From positions 224,001-288,000 of the forward strand of contig CAVOKF010000006.1 of assembly GCA_963696385.1 (NCBI GenBank): 64,000 nt of DNA, in the 5' to 3' direction. The position numbers were made by a program, and so were the translations under genes. The notes beneath the pieces were generated by a model. That model did not search any database, had not been told where the DNA came from, and saw only the letters and a list, made by a program, of their open reading frames with translations. The DNA is from an uncultured delta proteobacterium. Its GTDB lineage: Bacteria; Myxococcota_A; Polyangia; Polyangiales; Polyangiaceae. Position 1 is the first letter of the stretch. Each line of letters starts with the position of its first letter. Of this stretch, positions 19,510 to 28,311 are shown piece after piece.

Positions 19510-19740
19510 GTATCCTTGGCTCCCCGAAGCGGCTCACCCCGAAGCGAAGGGGCGACCGGCGGCCCGCCTCGTCGCGCCCGCAGCTCAGGCTTGCCACGAC
19601 GTTCGCAGGATGCGGGGAGTCGCCCGATAGGGGTGACCAACAGCTCTGAAGTATACTGCCCGAAGCCAAGGGGGTCCGCCGGGCGGTGTACTTCAATCGC
19701 CGGGAGGCCATTGGGGGTTTGGGGACGAAGCCCCAAGGAA
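19510..19740 (+). ncRNA. Candidate structured RNA or ssDNA element with several stems and a possible pseudoknot
   Basis: Stems 19520-26/19613-19, 19552-61/19565-75, 19619-25/19631-37, 19647-62/19680-95 (16 bp, two G-U) and 19719-24/19731-36. Loop 19664-71 is complementary to 19514-21. Confidence 0.45.
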
Positions 19741-20115
19741 ATCATCTTCTTCGTACAGCGTCAGCGGGCAACGCAGGCGTACCCAGCGGAGCTCGCGTAC
19801 CGTTCAACGGGGCGCGGTACTAAGCGGGAGTGCAAGCTCGAGGGTATAGAGAGGAGAGACGTGCCCGTCGGGTGGCGCGCGAACAAGGAGCGATCTTCGC
19901 GAAACGCCGTTATACGGGTACACTAGAATTCGATGGTCCGACAGGAACCAGCGACCCAACTAGGGGCGATTCGTCTCGGGCTAAGGCGCTGCGCGAAGAA
20001 GCGATTGACCTTGCTCGGTAGGGGATTCCGTCCGATACTACCGGCCAAGTCGCTCGTCTGGTTGTCATTGGCCAGATTGGATTGCACACTGGGACTCACG
20101 AGGTTAGGTCATAAA

Positions 20116-21234
20116 ATGCGATTCATCATCTCCCGCAGGGTTCCGTCGGCTTCCGCGTCCATGATGGTGTCGATGGTAACGGCTATCGTCGCATGCTCAT
20201 CCGGAGGCAACGTCATCGTCACTCCCCCGACCACGGACAGTGCGGGGTCCTCGGCGAACAACATGCCCACGTCCCTGGTCATGGGGACGGGCGCGAGCTC
20301 CAGCAGCAACCCGACATCCGCAGCGAGCTCCGTCGCGCCGAGCGCCGGATCGAGCTCGAGCAACCCAACCGTCGCAAGTGGCTCGAGCGCGAGCACCTCG
20401 GCGGGCGGGGGTCTCGACGACGGCGGAGCCGGTGGCGCGGGTACGGGCACCGGTACGGGGACCGGCACGGGCTCGGCCACGGGCACAGCCCCCGCGGGCG
20501 ACGCGGGCCAGGGGGGTCCGTCGCTGTGCGATACGGCCAAGATGCCTCCGATTTCGGCCACGATCTGCGATGGATTCGAGACCACGCCCTACGCGTTCAC
20601 GTCGGACCCGGCGGGGGCCATGACCGCGGACACGACGCAGTTTTACCGGGGTAAGACGTCGATGAAGTTCTCGTCGAGTTCGATGGCGTACTTGACCGAG
20701 ACGTCGACGTTTATGCAGGGCGCCGCTGCGACGAAGACGGCCAACAACAATTTTTGGGGTCGGTATTGGTTCTTGAGCGATGTCGCCACGACCGCGGCGG
20801 TCCCGCAGTCTCATGCCGTGTTTGGCACCATGATGGGAACCGATACCTCGAACGCGCAGGCGGATGCCTTTCACTTCGTAGGTGGTTCGCGAGGCAAGCT
20901 GCAAACGCAAATCGAGTTTGCCGGCGACGTGTTCAGCGACAACGAAAAAACTCCTGCGGCTACCGACCCGAGCTTTCCGCTCATGTCGGACGGTTGGCAA
21001 TGCTGGGAGTGGCAACTCACGGATGCCGACACGTACACATTCTATATCAATGGCGTGGCAATCCCGGAGATGGGAATCGTCGCCGGAAAGGGTACGAACA
21101 ACGGAGGGAACTTTTCTCCGCTGCCGACCGTCACCGAGCTCGAGATCGGATGGCAGTACTTCGGCACCGGCTTGTATGCCGGGTGGATTGACGAGGTCGC
21201 CGTCGGCCCGAATCGCATCCCGTGCGGCGATTAG
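20116..21234 (+). CDS. Secreted lipoprotein with Ser/Gly/Thr linker and Cip1-like domain (paralog of 17401..18543)
   Basis: Lipobox IVAC; ICDGFE, YRGKTSMKF, FWGRYWF, WQCWEW, WIDEVAVGPNRIPC. Confidence 0.78.
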   Translation: MRFIISRRVPSASASMMVSMVTAIVACSSGGNVIVTPPTTDSAGSSANNMPTSLVMGTGASSSSNPTSAASSVAPSAGSSSSNPTVASGSSASTSAGGGLDDGGAGGAGTGTGTGTGTGSATGTAPAGDAGQGGPSLCDTAKMPPISATICDGFETTPYAFTSDPAGAMTADTTQFYRGKTSMKFSSSSMAYLTETSTFMQGAAATKTANNNFWGRYWFLSDVATTAAVPQSHAVFGTMMGTDTSNAQADAFHFVGGSRGKLQTQIEFAGDVFSDNEKTPAATDPSFPLMSDGWQCWEWQLTDADTYTFYINGVAIPEMGIVAGKGTNNGGNFSPLPTVTELEIGWQYFGTGLYAGWIDEVAVGPNRIPCGD

Positions 21235-21255
21235 GGTTCTGAGACGCGCTGCGCG

Positions 21256-21525
21256 CTACTCCAGCCCGAACGCGAAAAGGAGCGCCGAGTCGAGTCTCGC
21301 AAGCTTGGCGCCGCCGAGCGCCCCCGCCTACGCCACCAGGTCGCCCTTCGGAATCGTCACGAGCCAGTCGCAGTTCACGACGCCGTCGCGCGGCAACGCC
21401 CTCGAGGCGTCCGAGCTTCACCTCCACTGCGTAGCCTCGCACGGTCGTCGGCGTGGGGGCAATCATCACGAGCGCCCGCACGTGGGCTTCGTCGCGCGAG
21501 ACCAGAACGACGGGACGCAGCCAGG
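21256..21525 (-). pseudogene. mazF: MazF/PemK toxin pseudogene
   Basis: RPVVLVSRD...VMIAPTPTTVRGYAVEVKLG..EG/LPRDGVVNCDWLVTIPK...LDSALLFAFGL. There is a frameshift near 21395 and an in-frame TAG at 21328-30. Confidence 0.8.
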
Positions 21526-21573
21526 GCGTGGCAATCCTTGCGATCGCGTCGGCTCACCGGCTACGATTTCGCC

Positions 21574-22854
21574 ATGAGGATGGGCGGGGCAGGATGGAAA
21601 GCGATGATGCGGACGGTGACCGTCGCCGCGTCGGTCGTTTCCGTCGTGAATGGCTGCGGGGGCAGAACGCGGGACGGCGCGTCGAGATCCCCTGCGGCTC
21701 AGGCAACCAGTTCGACCGCTACCGCGAGCTTTTCCTCCAGCGAGACCCCTGGGACGGCGGTGCGGCCGCTTCGAGCCGCTCGAGCGCCTCCAGTTCGAAT
21801 CTCTTCGACCTCCGCGAGCGGTGCGTCGGATTTGGCGAACCTCCCGCCGAGTTGCCAGCCGGGTGGCCCGGGCATGACCAACTGCGGCCCGGCAGGAAGC
21901 GGCAACGAGAGCTGCTGCACCAGCCTGGAGGTTCCGGGTGGGACGTACTATCGAACGTACGACCCCGTCGATGAGGACGGGGGCGTGCTCCTTGCGGCCG
22001 ATGGCGGTGCGACGGGCTTAGCCGATCCGGCAACCGTGAGCGGATTTCGCCTGGACAAGTACCTCGTGACGGTCGGACGGTTCCGGCAGTACGTGAACTA
22101 TGTGACGAGCACCACCGGCGCCCCACCCGCCAACGGCAGCGGCATCCACACTCACTTGAATGGAGGCCTTGGCCTCGCCAACAGTGCGAGCCCGGGGACG
22201 TACGAGACCGGATGGGACGCGACGGATTGGGACGAGGACATCGAGACGGAGCCTAGCGAGGCGGGCACGTGGGATGAGTACCTGAGTTGCACCGCGAATA
22301 CGGTCCAACCAACCGACGACGGGACGTGGACGAGCACTCCGGGTGCCCAAGAAAACCTGCCAATCACCTGTGTCCTCTGGCAATGGGCGTACGCGTTCTG
22401 TATTTGGGACGGCGGCTTCTTGCCGAGCGAAGCGGAGTGGGGGTACGCGGCGGCTGCGGGAAATCAGCAGCGAGAGTACCCCTGGGGTTCGGCGGATCCC
22501 GGTACGGGCAACCAATATGCCATTCAAGACCTCTCGGCCTTTCCGACGGGTCTCGCGTCGGTGGGCATGGCGCCTCTGGGAGCCGCCTATTGGGGGCAGC
22601 TCGACATGGCTGGGGAAGTCGCCGAGTGGGTGCTCGATGCGCTTGCGGTTGTCGACGCGGGGCGTGGGGCCAGTGAGGGCGCTCCCTATTTCAACCCGTG
22701 CACCAATTGCGCCTATCTGGAAACTGGCCCCCTGTTTGGATTCCAGAGGACGCGGGGTGGCAGCGTCAGCTTGTTCTCCGCTGCACGCATTGACACGCCC
22801 CCGCCCAATGTCTCTCAACCGAGCATTGGCTTCCGGTGCGCGAGAACGCCGTGA
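21574..22854 (+). CDS. FGE/SUMF1 (C-type lectin fold) domain lipoprotein
   Basis: FRLDKYLVTVGRF, AYAFCIWDGGFLPSEAEW, REYPWG, DMAGEVAEW, GFRCAR. Confidence 0.88.
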   Translation: MRMGGAGWKAMMRTVTVAASVVSVVNGCGGRTRDGASRSPAAQATSSTATASFSSSETPGTAVRPLRAARAPPVRISSTSASGASDLANLPPSCQPGGPGMTNCGPAGSGNESCCTSLEVPGGTYYRTYDPVDEDGGVLLAADGGATGLADPATVSGFRLDKYLVTVGRFRQYVNYVTSTTGAPPANGSGIHTHLNGGLGLANSASPGTYETGWDATDWDEDIETEPSEAGTWDEYLSCTANTVQPTDDGTWTSTPGAQENLPITCVLWQWAYAFCIWDGGFLPSEAEWGYAAAAGNQQREYPWGSADPGTGNQYAIQDLSAFPTGLASVGMAPLGAAYWGQLDMAGEVAEWVLDALAVVDAGRGASEGAPYFNPCTNCAYLETGPLFGFQRTRGGSVSLFSAARIDTPPPNVSQPSIGFRCARTP

Positions 22855-24239
22855 CCGATCCCACCCACGCGGAGGGCGCGATCGTCGGGAGGGCGAAGCG
22901 GATCCTGGCGAAAAGAAAGCGGCGGATGCGTCTGCCGATGGCCGCGCTCGCGGTCCTTGGGGTCGTGGACGGGTGCGGCAGAAGCGCCCTGCTCGACGGC
23001 GACGCTCCGTACGACGTGGACGCCGGCGCCCCGCAGCAGGGCCTGAGCGCAACGGGCGCGACGATGAGCGGCCCCAGTGCCTCGGCTTCGAGCGGTGCGA
23101 GTGGCTCTGCGGGCGGTTCGTCGTCGAGCCACTCGGGCGCCAGCGCTTCGGCGTCGAGCGGTGCGAGTGGCTCCGCGGGCGCTTCGTCGTCGACGAGCAG
23201 CTCGGGCGCCAGCGCTTCCGCGTCGAGCTCAGCGAGTGTTTCCACGAGCAGTTCGTCCTCTTTGGCGAGCGGGCCGCCCAGTTGTCAGCCCGGTGGACCG
23301 GGCATGACCAACTGCGGCCCCGGCGGCCTGGGCAACGAGAGCTGCTGCACGAGCCTGGAGGTGACGCCCGGGTCGTACAACCGGACGTACACGAACCTCG
23401 GCAACGGTCCGACCGCCGAGGCCGACCCGGCGACGGTGAGCGGCTTTCGTTTGGACAAGTACCTCGTGACGGTCGGACGGTTCCGGCAATACGTGAACTA
23501 CCTGACGGGCGAGGCCGGTGCGCCCCCCGCCAACGGCAGCGGCATCCACACCTACCTGAACAGTAGCCAGGGGCTGTCGGACAGCCAGAGCCCAGGAACG
23601 TACGAAACGGGTTGGGACGCCGCGGACTGGAACATGGACATCGCCACCGGGCCGGGTGCGGCGAGCACGTGGGACGAGACCCTAGGGGGCTGCGGCAACG
23701 ACGGCATCACCAGCACGTGGACGAGCACGGCGGGTACTCAAGAGAGCCTGCCGATCGACTGCGTGTCCTGGGACCAGGCGTACGCGTTCTGCATTTGGGA
23801 CGGTGGCTTCTTGCCGAGCGAGGCGGAGTGGGGGTACACGGCGGCCGCGGGGAGCCAAGAGCGGGAGTACCCGTGGGGCTCGACGGATCCGGGGACGGCG
23901 AACCAGTATGCGATTACCAACTGCGATTACCCGAGCGGCTCCAGTGCGTGCGCGAGCCCAGCACAAGGCAACATCGCCCCCGTCGGAACGACGGCGCTCG
24001 GAGCGGGTTATTGGGGTCAGTTCGACCTCGCGGGGGAGGTCTGGGAATGGACGCTGGATTGGTTTGGGTCCTATGTCGATCCCTGCACCGATTGCGCTGC
24101 TCTGACGAACGTCGGCTTTCCTCGGGCCATCCGCGGAGGCGACTTTGCCCCGGGGACTGGTCTGCTGTTTCCCACCACCCGCAGCTACGCCTTCGGGAGC
24201 GACGGTGGCATTGGCTTCCGCTGCGCCCGGGCACCGTGA
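22851..24239 (+). CDS. FGE/SUMF1 domain lipoprotein (tandem paralog)
   Basis: Same motifs and a Ser/Ala/Gly linker. GTGA overlap with the upstream gene; alternative start ATG 22926. Confidence 0.88.
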   Translation: MTDPTHAEGAIVGRAKRILAKRKRRMRLPMAALAVLGVVDGCGRSALLDGDAPYDVDAGAPQQGLSATGATMSGPSASASSGASGSAGGSSSSHSGASASASSGASGSAGASSSTSSSGASASASSSASVSTSSSSSLASGPPSCQPGGPGMTNCGPGGLGNESCCTSLEVTPGSYNRTYTNLGNGPTAEADPATVSGFRLDKYLVTVGRFRQYVNYLTGEAGAPPANGSGIHTYLNSSQGLSDSQSPGTYETGWDAADWNMDIATGPGAASTWDETLGGCGNDGITSTWTSTAGTQESLPIDCVSWDQAYAFCIWDGGFLPSEAEWGYTAAAGSQEREYPWGSTDPGTANQYAITNCDYPSGSSACASPAQGNIAPVGTTALGAGYWGQFDLAGEVWEWTLDWFGSYVDPCTDCAALTNVGFPRAIRGGDFAPGTGLLFPTTRSYAFGSDGGIGFRCARAP

Positions 24240-24249
24240 GAACTGCGGT

Positions 24250-24319
24250 TCACGCCAGGGCCCACGCGTTCCAGATCGCGGGCGCATCGGTCGTCGATTT
24301 CAACAAGCAATTGCTTCAT
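24250..24319 (-). pseudogene. N-terminal remnant of an RHH/CopG-type antitoxin
   Basis: MKQLLVEIDDRCARDLERV, cut off where the SUMF1 gene ends. Confidence 0.4.
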
Positions 24320-24401
24320 ATACTGGAGCGTATGCCACGACCCTGAGGACGCAAGCCATGACGCGAGGGGGCGACGCCCCATTTCGCCACCGAACGCGAC
24401 T

Positions 24402-25829
24402 TCACGGCATGAGCTCAGGCAAGGGCCCTCCGGTCGCCATGCCGAACGTATCCTGCATGATGCCGTGGGCCTGCAGTATCGAGATGAACACGCGTCCGGT
24501 CTCGATGCTGCTTTGTGGCCCGACGAGGGGCCGCGGAAACGGCATTTGGGGAATGTAGTTGATGTGGCGACCGTCCACCCGCAACCTGCCGCTCGCGCCG
24601 CCGGCGATGAGGACCGGCATGTCCCAGTGGTTGCCCGCCTGGCCGTCTGCCACCTCGCTGCTCAGGTAAAACGTGGTGTGGTCCAAGATGGACTGCCCGT
24701 CGGCCTCGATCACGCTGTCCAGCCGCTGAAGCAACGCGGCCGCCTGGGCGATCTCGAACGTATCGATCGTCGTCAGCGCGGCCAAGTTGGCGGCGCTGCC
24801 TTCGGCCTGAGACAAAGCGTACTGGGAAGAGTCGGCGGCGCCGCCAAGAAGAAACTGGTAGTTGTTGTCGCTGGCCGCCGACCCGATCATGAATGTGATG
24901 GCGCGCGTGATATCGCATTCGAAGGCGAGCGCCATCAAGTCGACCAGGATCGGGAAATTGGACTCGATCGCCGGCGGCGCGACGCTCGCGGGGGGCGACA
25001 CGGGGGACATGCAGCTTGCCCCCGTTGCGCTTGCGGCGCTGCTGCTCGACGCCAGTCGTTGCAGCCGGGTCTCGAGACCACGTACGAGTGTCGTGTGGCG
25101 GTCCAATTTGAGACGATCCGACGGGCTCAGTTTCAAGGACAGCGACTGCGCTTCGGCGACCACGGCATCGAGAATGCTCGTCCGTTGAGCGAAACGTGCG
25201 CTCGCCGCAGCCGCGCTCCCTGGCGTCGGCTGGCCGGCCGTCGCAGACGACCCGAACAACTGCTGGAAGACTTGCTGCGGATCGTAGATGTTGGTCAGCG
25301 GGACGCCTTCCGACCAGGAGATCATCCGAGAGAAATTGCAGTTCTCGCCGCCGCAGAGGCCGTTATCGCCCTGGAGCCCGATCTGCAGGCCCGTCGGCAA
25401 GAGCGGCGAGGGACCGGCGTTGAGCACCGGCAATAGGGCCTGGTCCAGGCTGGTTCGCGTCGCATTCGCGCCGTCGATCGAAATCATGTTGAGAAAGCAA
25501 GCGCACCCTTCGACGTTTGGGGTAGTGGCAGGAGTCGGCACAGGCGAGGCGATGTCCTGGTGGTCGAGACCTGTCACGATCAGGATCTTGTCTCGGATGG
25601 GCGCGAGCGGCGCGAGAATCGGCGTCACCTCCCAGGTGGAGCCCGAGGTCGTGGGCGTCCAGTTCGGCATGACCATGCCGTCCGGAGCGAACCACGCCAT
25701 GAAGCGTCGCGGCGGCGCGCATGGGGCGGCGCCCGCCCGGCGCGACCACAGCGCGGACGGCAAAAAGGGCAACGCCAGCGTGACGCCGGCACCCCGCAAA
25801 AACGATCGACGCGAGGGTCTCATGGTCAT
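24402..25829 (-). CDS. DUF1552 domain protein with Tat-like signal
   Basis: SRRSFLRGAGVTLALPFL, RTSLDQ, SILDAV, LAFECDITR, ILDHT, MPVLIAGG. Confidence 0.85.
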   Translation of the reverse strand: MTMRPSRRSFLRGAGVTLALPFLPSALWSRRAGAAPCAPPRRFMAWFAPDGMVMPNWTPTTSGSTWEVTPILAPLAPIRDKILIVTGLDHQDIASPVPTPATTPNVEGCACFLNMISIDGANATRTSLDQALLPVLNAGPSPLLPTGLQIGLQGDNGLCGGENCNFSRMISWSEGVPLTNIYDPQQVFQQLFGSSATAGQPTPGSAAAASARFAQRTSILDAVVAEAQSLSLKLSPSDRLKLDRHTTLVRGLETRLQRLASSSSAASATGASCMSPVSPPASVAPPAIESNFPILVDLMALAFECDITRAITFMIGSAASDNNYQFLLGGAADSSQYALSQAEGSAANLAALTTIDTFEIAQAAALLQRLDSVIEADGQSILDHTTFYLSSEVADGQAGNHWDMPVLIAGGASGRLRVDGRHINYIPQMPFPRPLVGPQSSIETGRVFISILQAHGIMQDTFGMATGGPLPELMP

Positions 25830-25897
25830 GCTCCGAGGGTGCCGGCCATCGCGGGCGGCTCGCGGATCGTCAGGGCGAAAAGCGATCGGCCGATCGT

Positions 25898-26830
25898 TCA
25901 TGGCGAAAAACCGAGCGCGTTCGCGCACGCGGGCAGGGTCGCGGCGGACGTTATGCTGCCGCCTTCCTCGGGCGCGGCCGCTGCATCCCCCCCCGCGTCG
26001 GGACAGGCCAGCATCGGAATGGCGCCAAGACACGCGTCGTAGCCGGGCCCGACCGAGGACGCGAGCAGGCATGGCAGTCCACCTTCCAGATCCGTGGTGA
26101 AGTCGTCCTCGCAGTCCTGAATCTGGCCGCACGTCGCGACCAGCCCCAGGCACTGGATGGTCTGCGAGCAAAGGGCGTCCACGAGCGCGTAGCACTTGGT
26201 TTGCGGATCGCTGAGCGGCGTGGAGGTGATGGGGGCCAAGCACGTTGGCGGCGGGGTCAAGCCGCCGTTCGGATAGAGCGCGTCGCAGACCGCCGATTCG
26301 CTGTCTCCGAGGCAGGCGGAAAAGCTCGACGCCGTGGCGGCGAGATCGCAGTCGAACTCCAGACTGAGCTGACCTTCGCAGTCGCTTGCCTGGATCCCGC
26401 TCACACATTGGGGCTCACGCGAACACAGCGTGGACGCCACCTGCTGGCACGTGGACGAGGCGGAAGCCGTCGGCCCGTCGTCTTCCCCCGCGTCGGCAGC
26501 GCCATCGACCTCACCCGCGTCGGCAGCGCCATCGACCTCACCCGCGTCGGTAGCGCCATCGACCTCACCCGCGTCGGCAGCGCCGTCGGCGACGGAGCCG
26601 TCGCCACCGGGACTCGACGAGTCTCGATCGCTGCCGGCTGCGTCGGGCGCGGTCGATCCGCTTCCGACGGAGGAACCGATTGCACCGGAGTCGGAAGCGC
26701 CGGACTTCGAAGGCATCGGATGCAAAGGGGGCGGATGCGTGGTGGAAGTCGAGCTCGTATCGGGCGATGGTCGTCCGCCGCACGAGCCACACAGCGTCGC
26801 GAGCCACACCGCGCGCGCGATCAGGCGCAC
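25898..26830 (-). CDS. Cys-rich lipoprotein with DGAADAGEV repeats
   Basis: Lipobox CGSC and two Cys-rich helical units. Confidence 0.7.
   Translation of the reverse strand: MRLIARAVWLATLCGSCGGRPSPDTSSTSTTHPPPLHPMPSKSGASDSGAIGSSVGSGSTAPDAAGSDRDSSSPGGDGSVADGAADAGEVDGATDAGEVDGAADAGEVDGAADAGEDDGPTASASSTCQQVASTLCSREPQCVSGIQASDCEGQLSLEFDCDLAATASSFSACLGDSESAVCDALYPNGGLTPPPTCLAPITSTPLSDPQTKCYALVDALCSQTIQCLGLVATCGQIQDCEDDFTTDLEGGLPCLLASSVGPGYDACLGAIPMLACPDAGGDAAAAPEEGGSITSAATLPACANALGFSP
26480..26590. repeat. 27-bp coding tandem repeat, about 4 copies
   Basis: Unit GCCATCGACCTCACCCGCGTCGG(C/T)AGC. Confidence 0.85.
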
Positions 26831-27181
26831 GGCCCATGCTCATCCGGCCGCACTTCATCCGGTCCCACTTGCGTGCCGTCGGTACGCGTTCGCATTCGCG
26901 CCTCCCTCCAGCAACAAGGGGGAAATCAGAGGCCGGCCTTGCCTTTGATAGGAATGGGGGCGAAAAAAGGCCAACCCGGCCGCGCCCTGGCTGCAGGGCG
27001 TTGCCGCCTGGTATCGCACAGTGAGGTCGCGGCGGGCGGCGCGTTCGCCGTGACGGTTTTGACGTTTTTCGTCATTCGATGCGCGCGAGCGCTCCGCCGC
27101 GGCGCGCCTGGCCCCAACGAAAACCGGACGGCTTCCACCGATAGGGGAATGCCCGTTTCCGGCCCGTTTCGAGAATGGCTT

Positions 27182-28045
27182 TCAGTTTTTTGGGATGGGG
27201 TTTGCCCGGCAGACGCCCAGCATGACGTAGTAGTGCGGACTGAGAAGCGACGATTGCCGGGTCGGCTCGTCGATGGGGCGTATCTGCGCGCGAAACGACT
27301 CGCCGAGCCCGAGCAGGTGGCTCACGATCATCGTCGGCGCCTTGTTGATCCGGTCCATGAGCGTAAACCAATGGTGGTTTCCGCGGCCATACTGAATCTT
27401 GGACGTCCAGTATCGCATGGGCAGGTCGCCGAGCGGCTTGAGCTGCAACGACAGTTCGCGTCGTTGCCCGAAAAGGTGCACTTGGGAGAAGTGCCGCGCC
27501 AACAGGCTCTGGAACTCCGCGCGCGTGAATTCGAGCTCGTGGTAGTCGCTGACGAAGGGACCGCCGACGTTGAGCGGGGTGGAGACGAGAAACGTGCCGC
27601 CCGGCTTGAGGGTCCTCCTGCATTCGCGGACGAATTGCTCCGGGTCCCTGAGGTGCTCGATGGTCTCGAACGAGATGACCACGTCGAACTCCGCATCGAA
27701 CGGCAAGGCGTAGGCGTCGCCACGGACCCAGCGAAGGCCGTCGGCGCCGTAGCGCTGGGCCGCATAGTCGAGCGCGGCCTGCTCCCGGTCGACGGCCACG
27801 ACCTCGCTGGCTCCCTGCTTACGGACGATGTGAGCGCCGTAGCCCGTTCCCGTGGCCACGTCGAGCACGCGCTTTCGCTGGCAGTACTTGGAGGCAAAGC
27901 GATAGCGCGCAAGGTGGTCTCTCATGAGCCACCCGTAGTGAACGTCCTCGACCACGCGTTCGCCCCCGAGGCCCGGCGACCAGGTCTCCAATTCGGCGGG
28001 TCGGAAGGCCTCGGATACGCCCGTCTCGACGATGGCGTTTTGCAT
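27182..28045 (-). CDS. Class I SAM-dependent methyltransferase
   Basis: HLARYRFA, RVLDVATGTGYG, FDVVISFETIEHL, LKPGGTFLVSTP. Divergent from the biosynthetic operon. Confidence 0.9.
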   Translation of the reverse strand: MQNAIVETGVSEAFRPAELETWSPGLGGERVVEDVHYGWLMRDHLARYRFASKYCQRKRVLDVATGTGYGAHIVRKQGASEVVAVDREQAALDYAAQRYGADGLRWVRGDAYALPFDAEFDVVISFETIEHLRDPEQFVRECRRTLKPGGTFLVSTPLNVGGPFVSDYHELEFTRAEFQSLLARHFSQVHLFGQRRELSLQLKPLGDLPMRYWTSKIQYGRGNHHWFTLMDRINKAPTMIVSHLLGLGESFRAQIRPIDEPTRQSSLLSPHYYVMLGVCRANPIPKN

Positions 28046-28311
28046 GTCGGTCCTCTCTTTGCGGTGACGACGCGGCTCGGGTGAAAACTAATCTTCGTGG
28101 CGACGAAAAGGGGCTGACCCCGGCCCGTAGAATCGACAGGACCGTGATCGGCTCACGCCCCAGGCCGCGCGACCATCGCCCATCCTCCGAAGAAAGTCCA
28201 TTTCATGGCATTTCAAATGGGCAGAGTGGGGGGGGAAGAAGCCGTGGTGTGTAATCGAATGAAATTATCGAAATGTGGACCTCGGCCAACCGGGCTCTAT
28301 ACTCGCTTTGC

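Noticed and set aside
19510..19740. Known RNA classes (tRNA, tmRNA, RNase P, SRP, cobalamin or c-di-GMP riboswitch, hammerhead, retron msr-msd)
   Set aside because: I could not find their conserved sequence cores by eye, and there is no adjacent reverse transcriptase; the region is kept only as an unclassified candidate.
20060..20090. Sigma-54 promoter upstream of 20116
   Set aside because: The GG-to-GC spacing is 12 rather than the required 10.
21574..24239. Diversity-generating retroelement acting on the FGE domains
   Set aside because: No reverse transcriptase or template repeat is in the window, and the C-termini differ by indels rather than adenine-specific substitutions.
26480..26590. 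27-bp repeats as a CRISPR array
   Set aside because: The units are contiguous with no spacers, encode an in-frame peptide repeat, and no cas genes are present.
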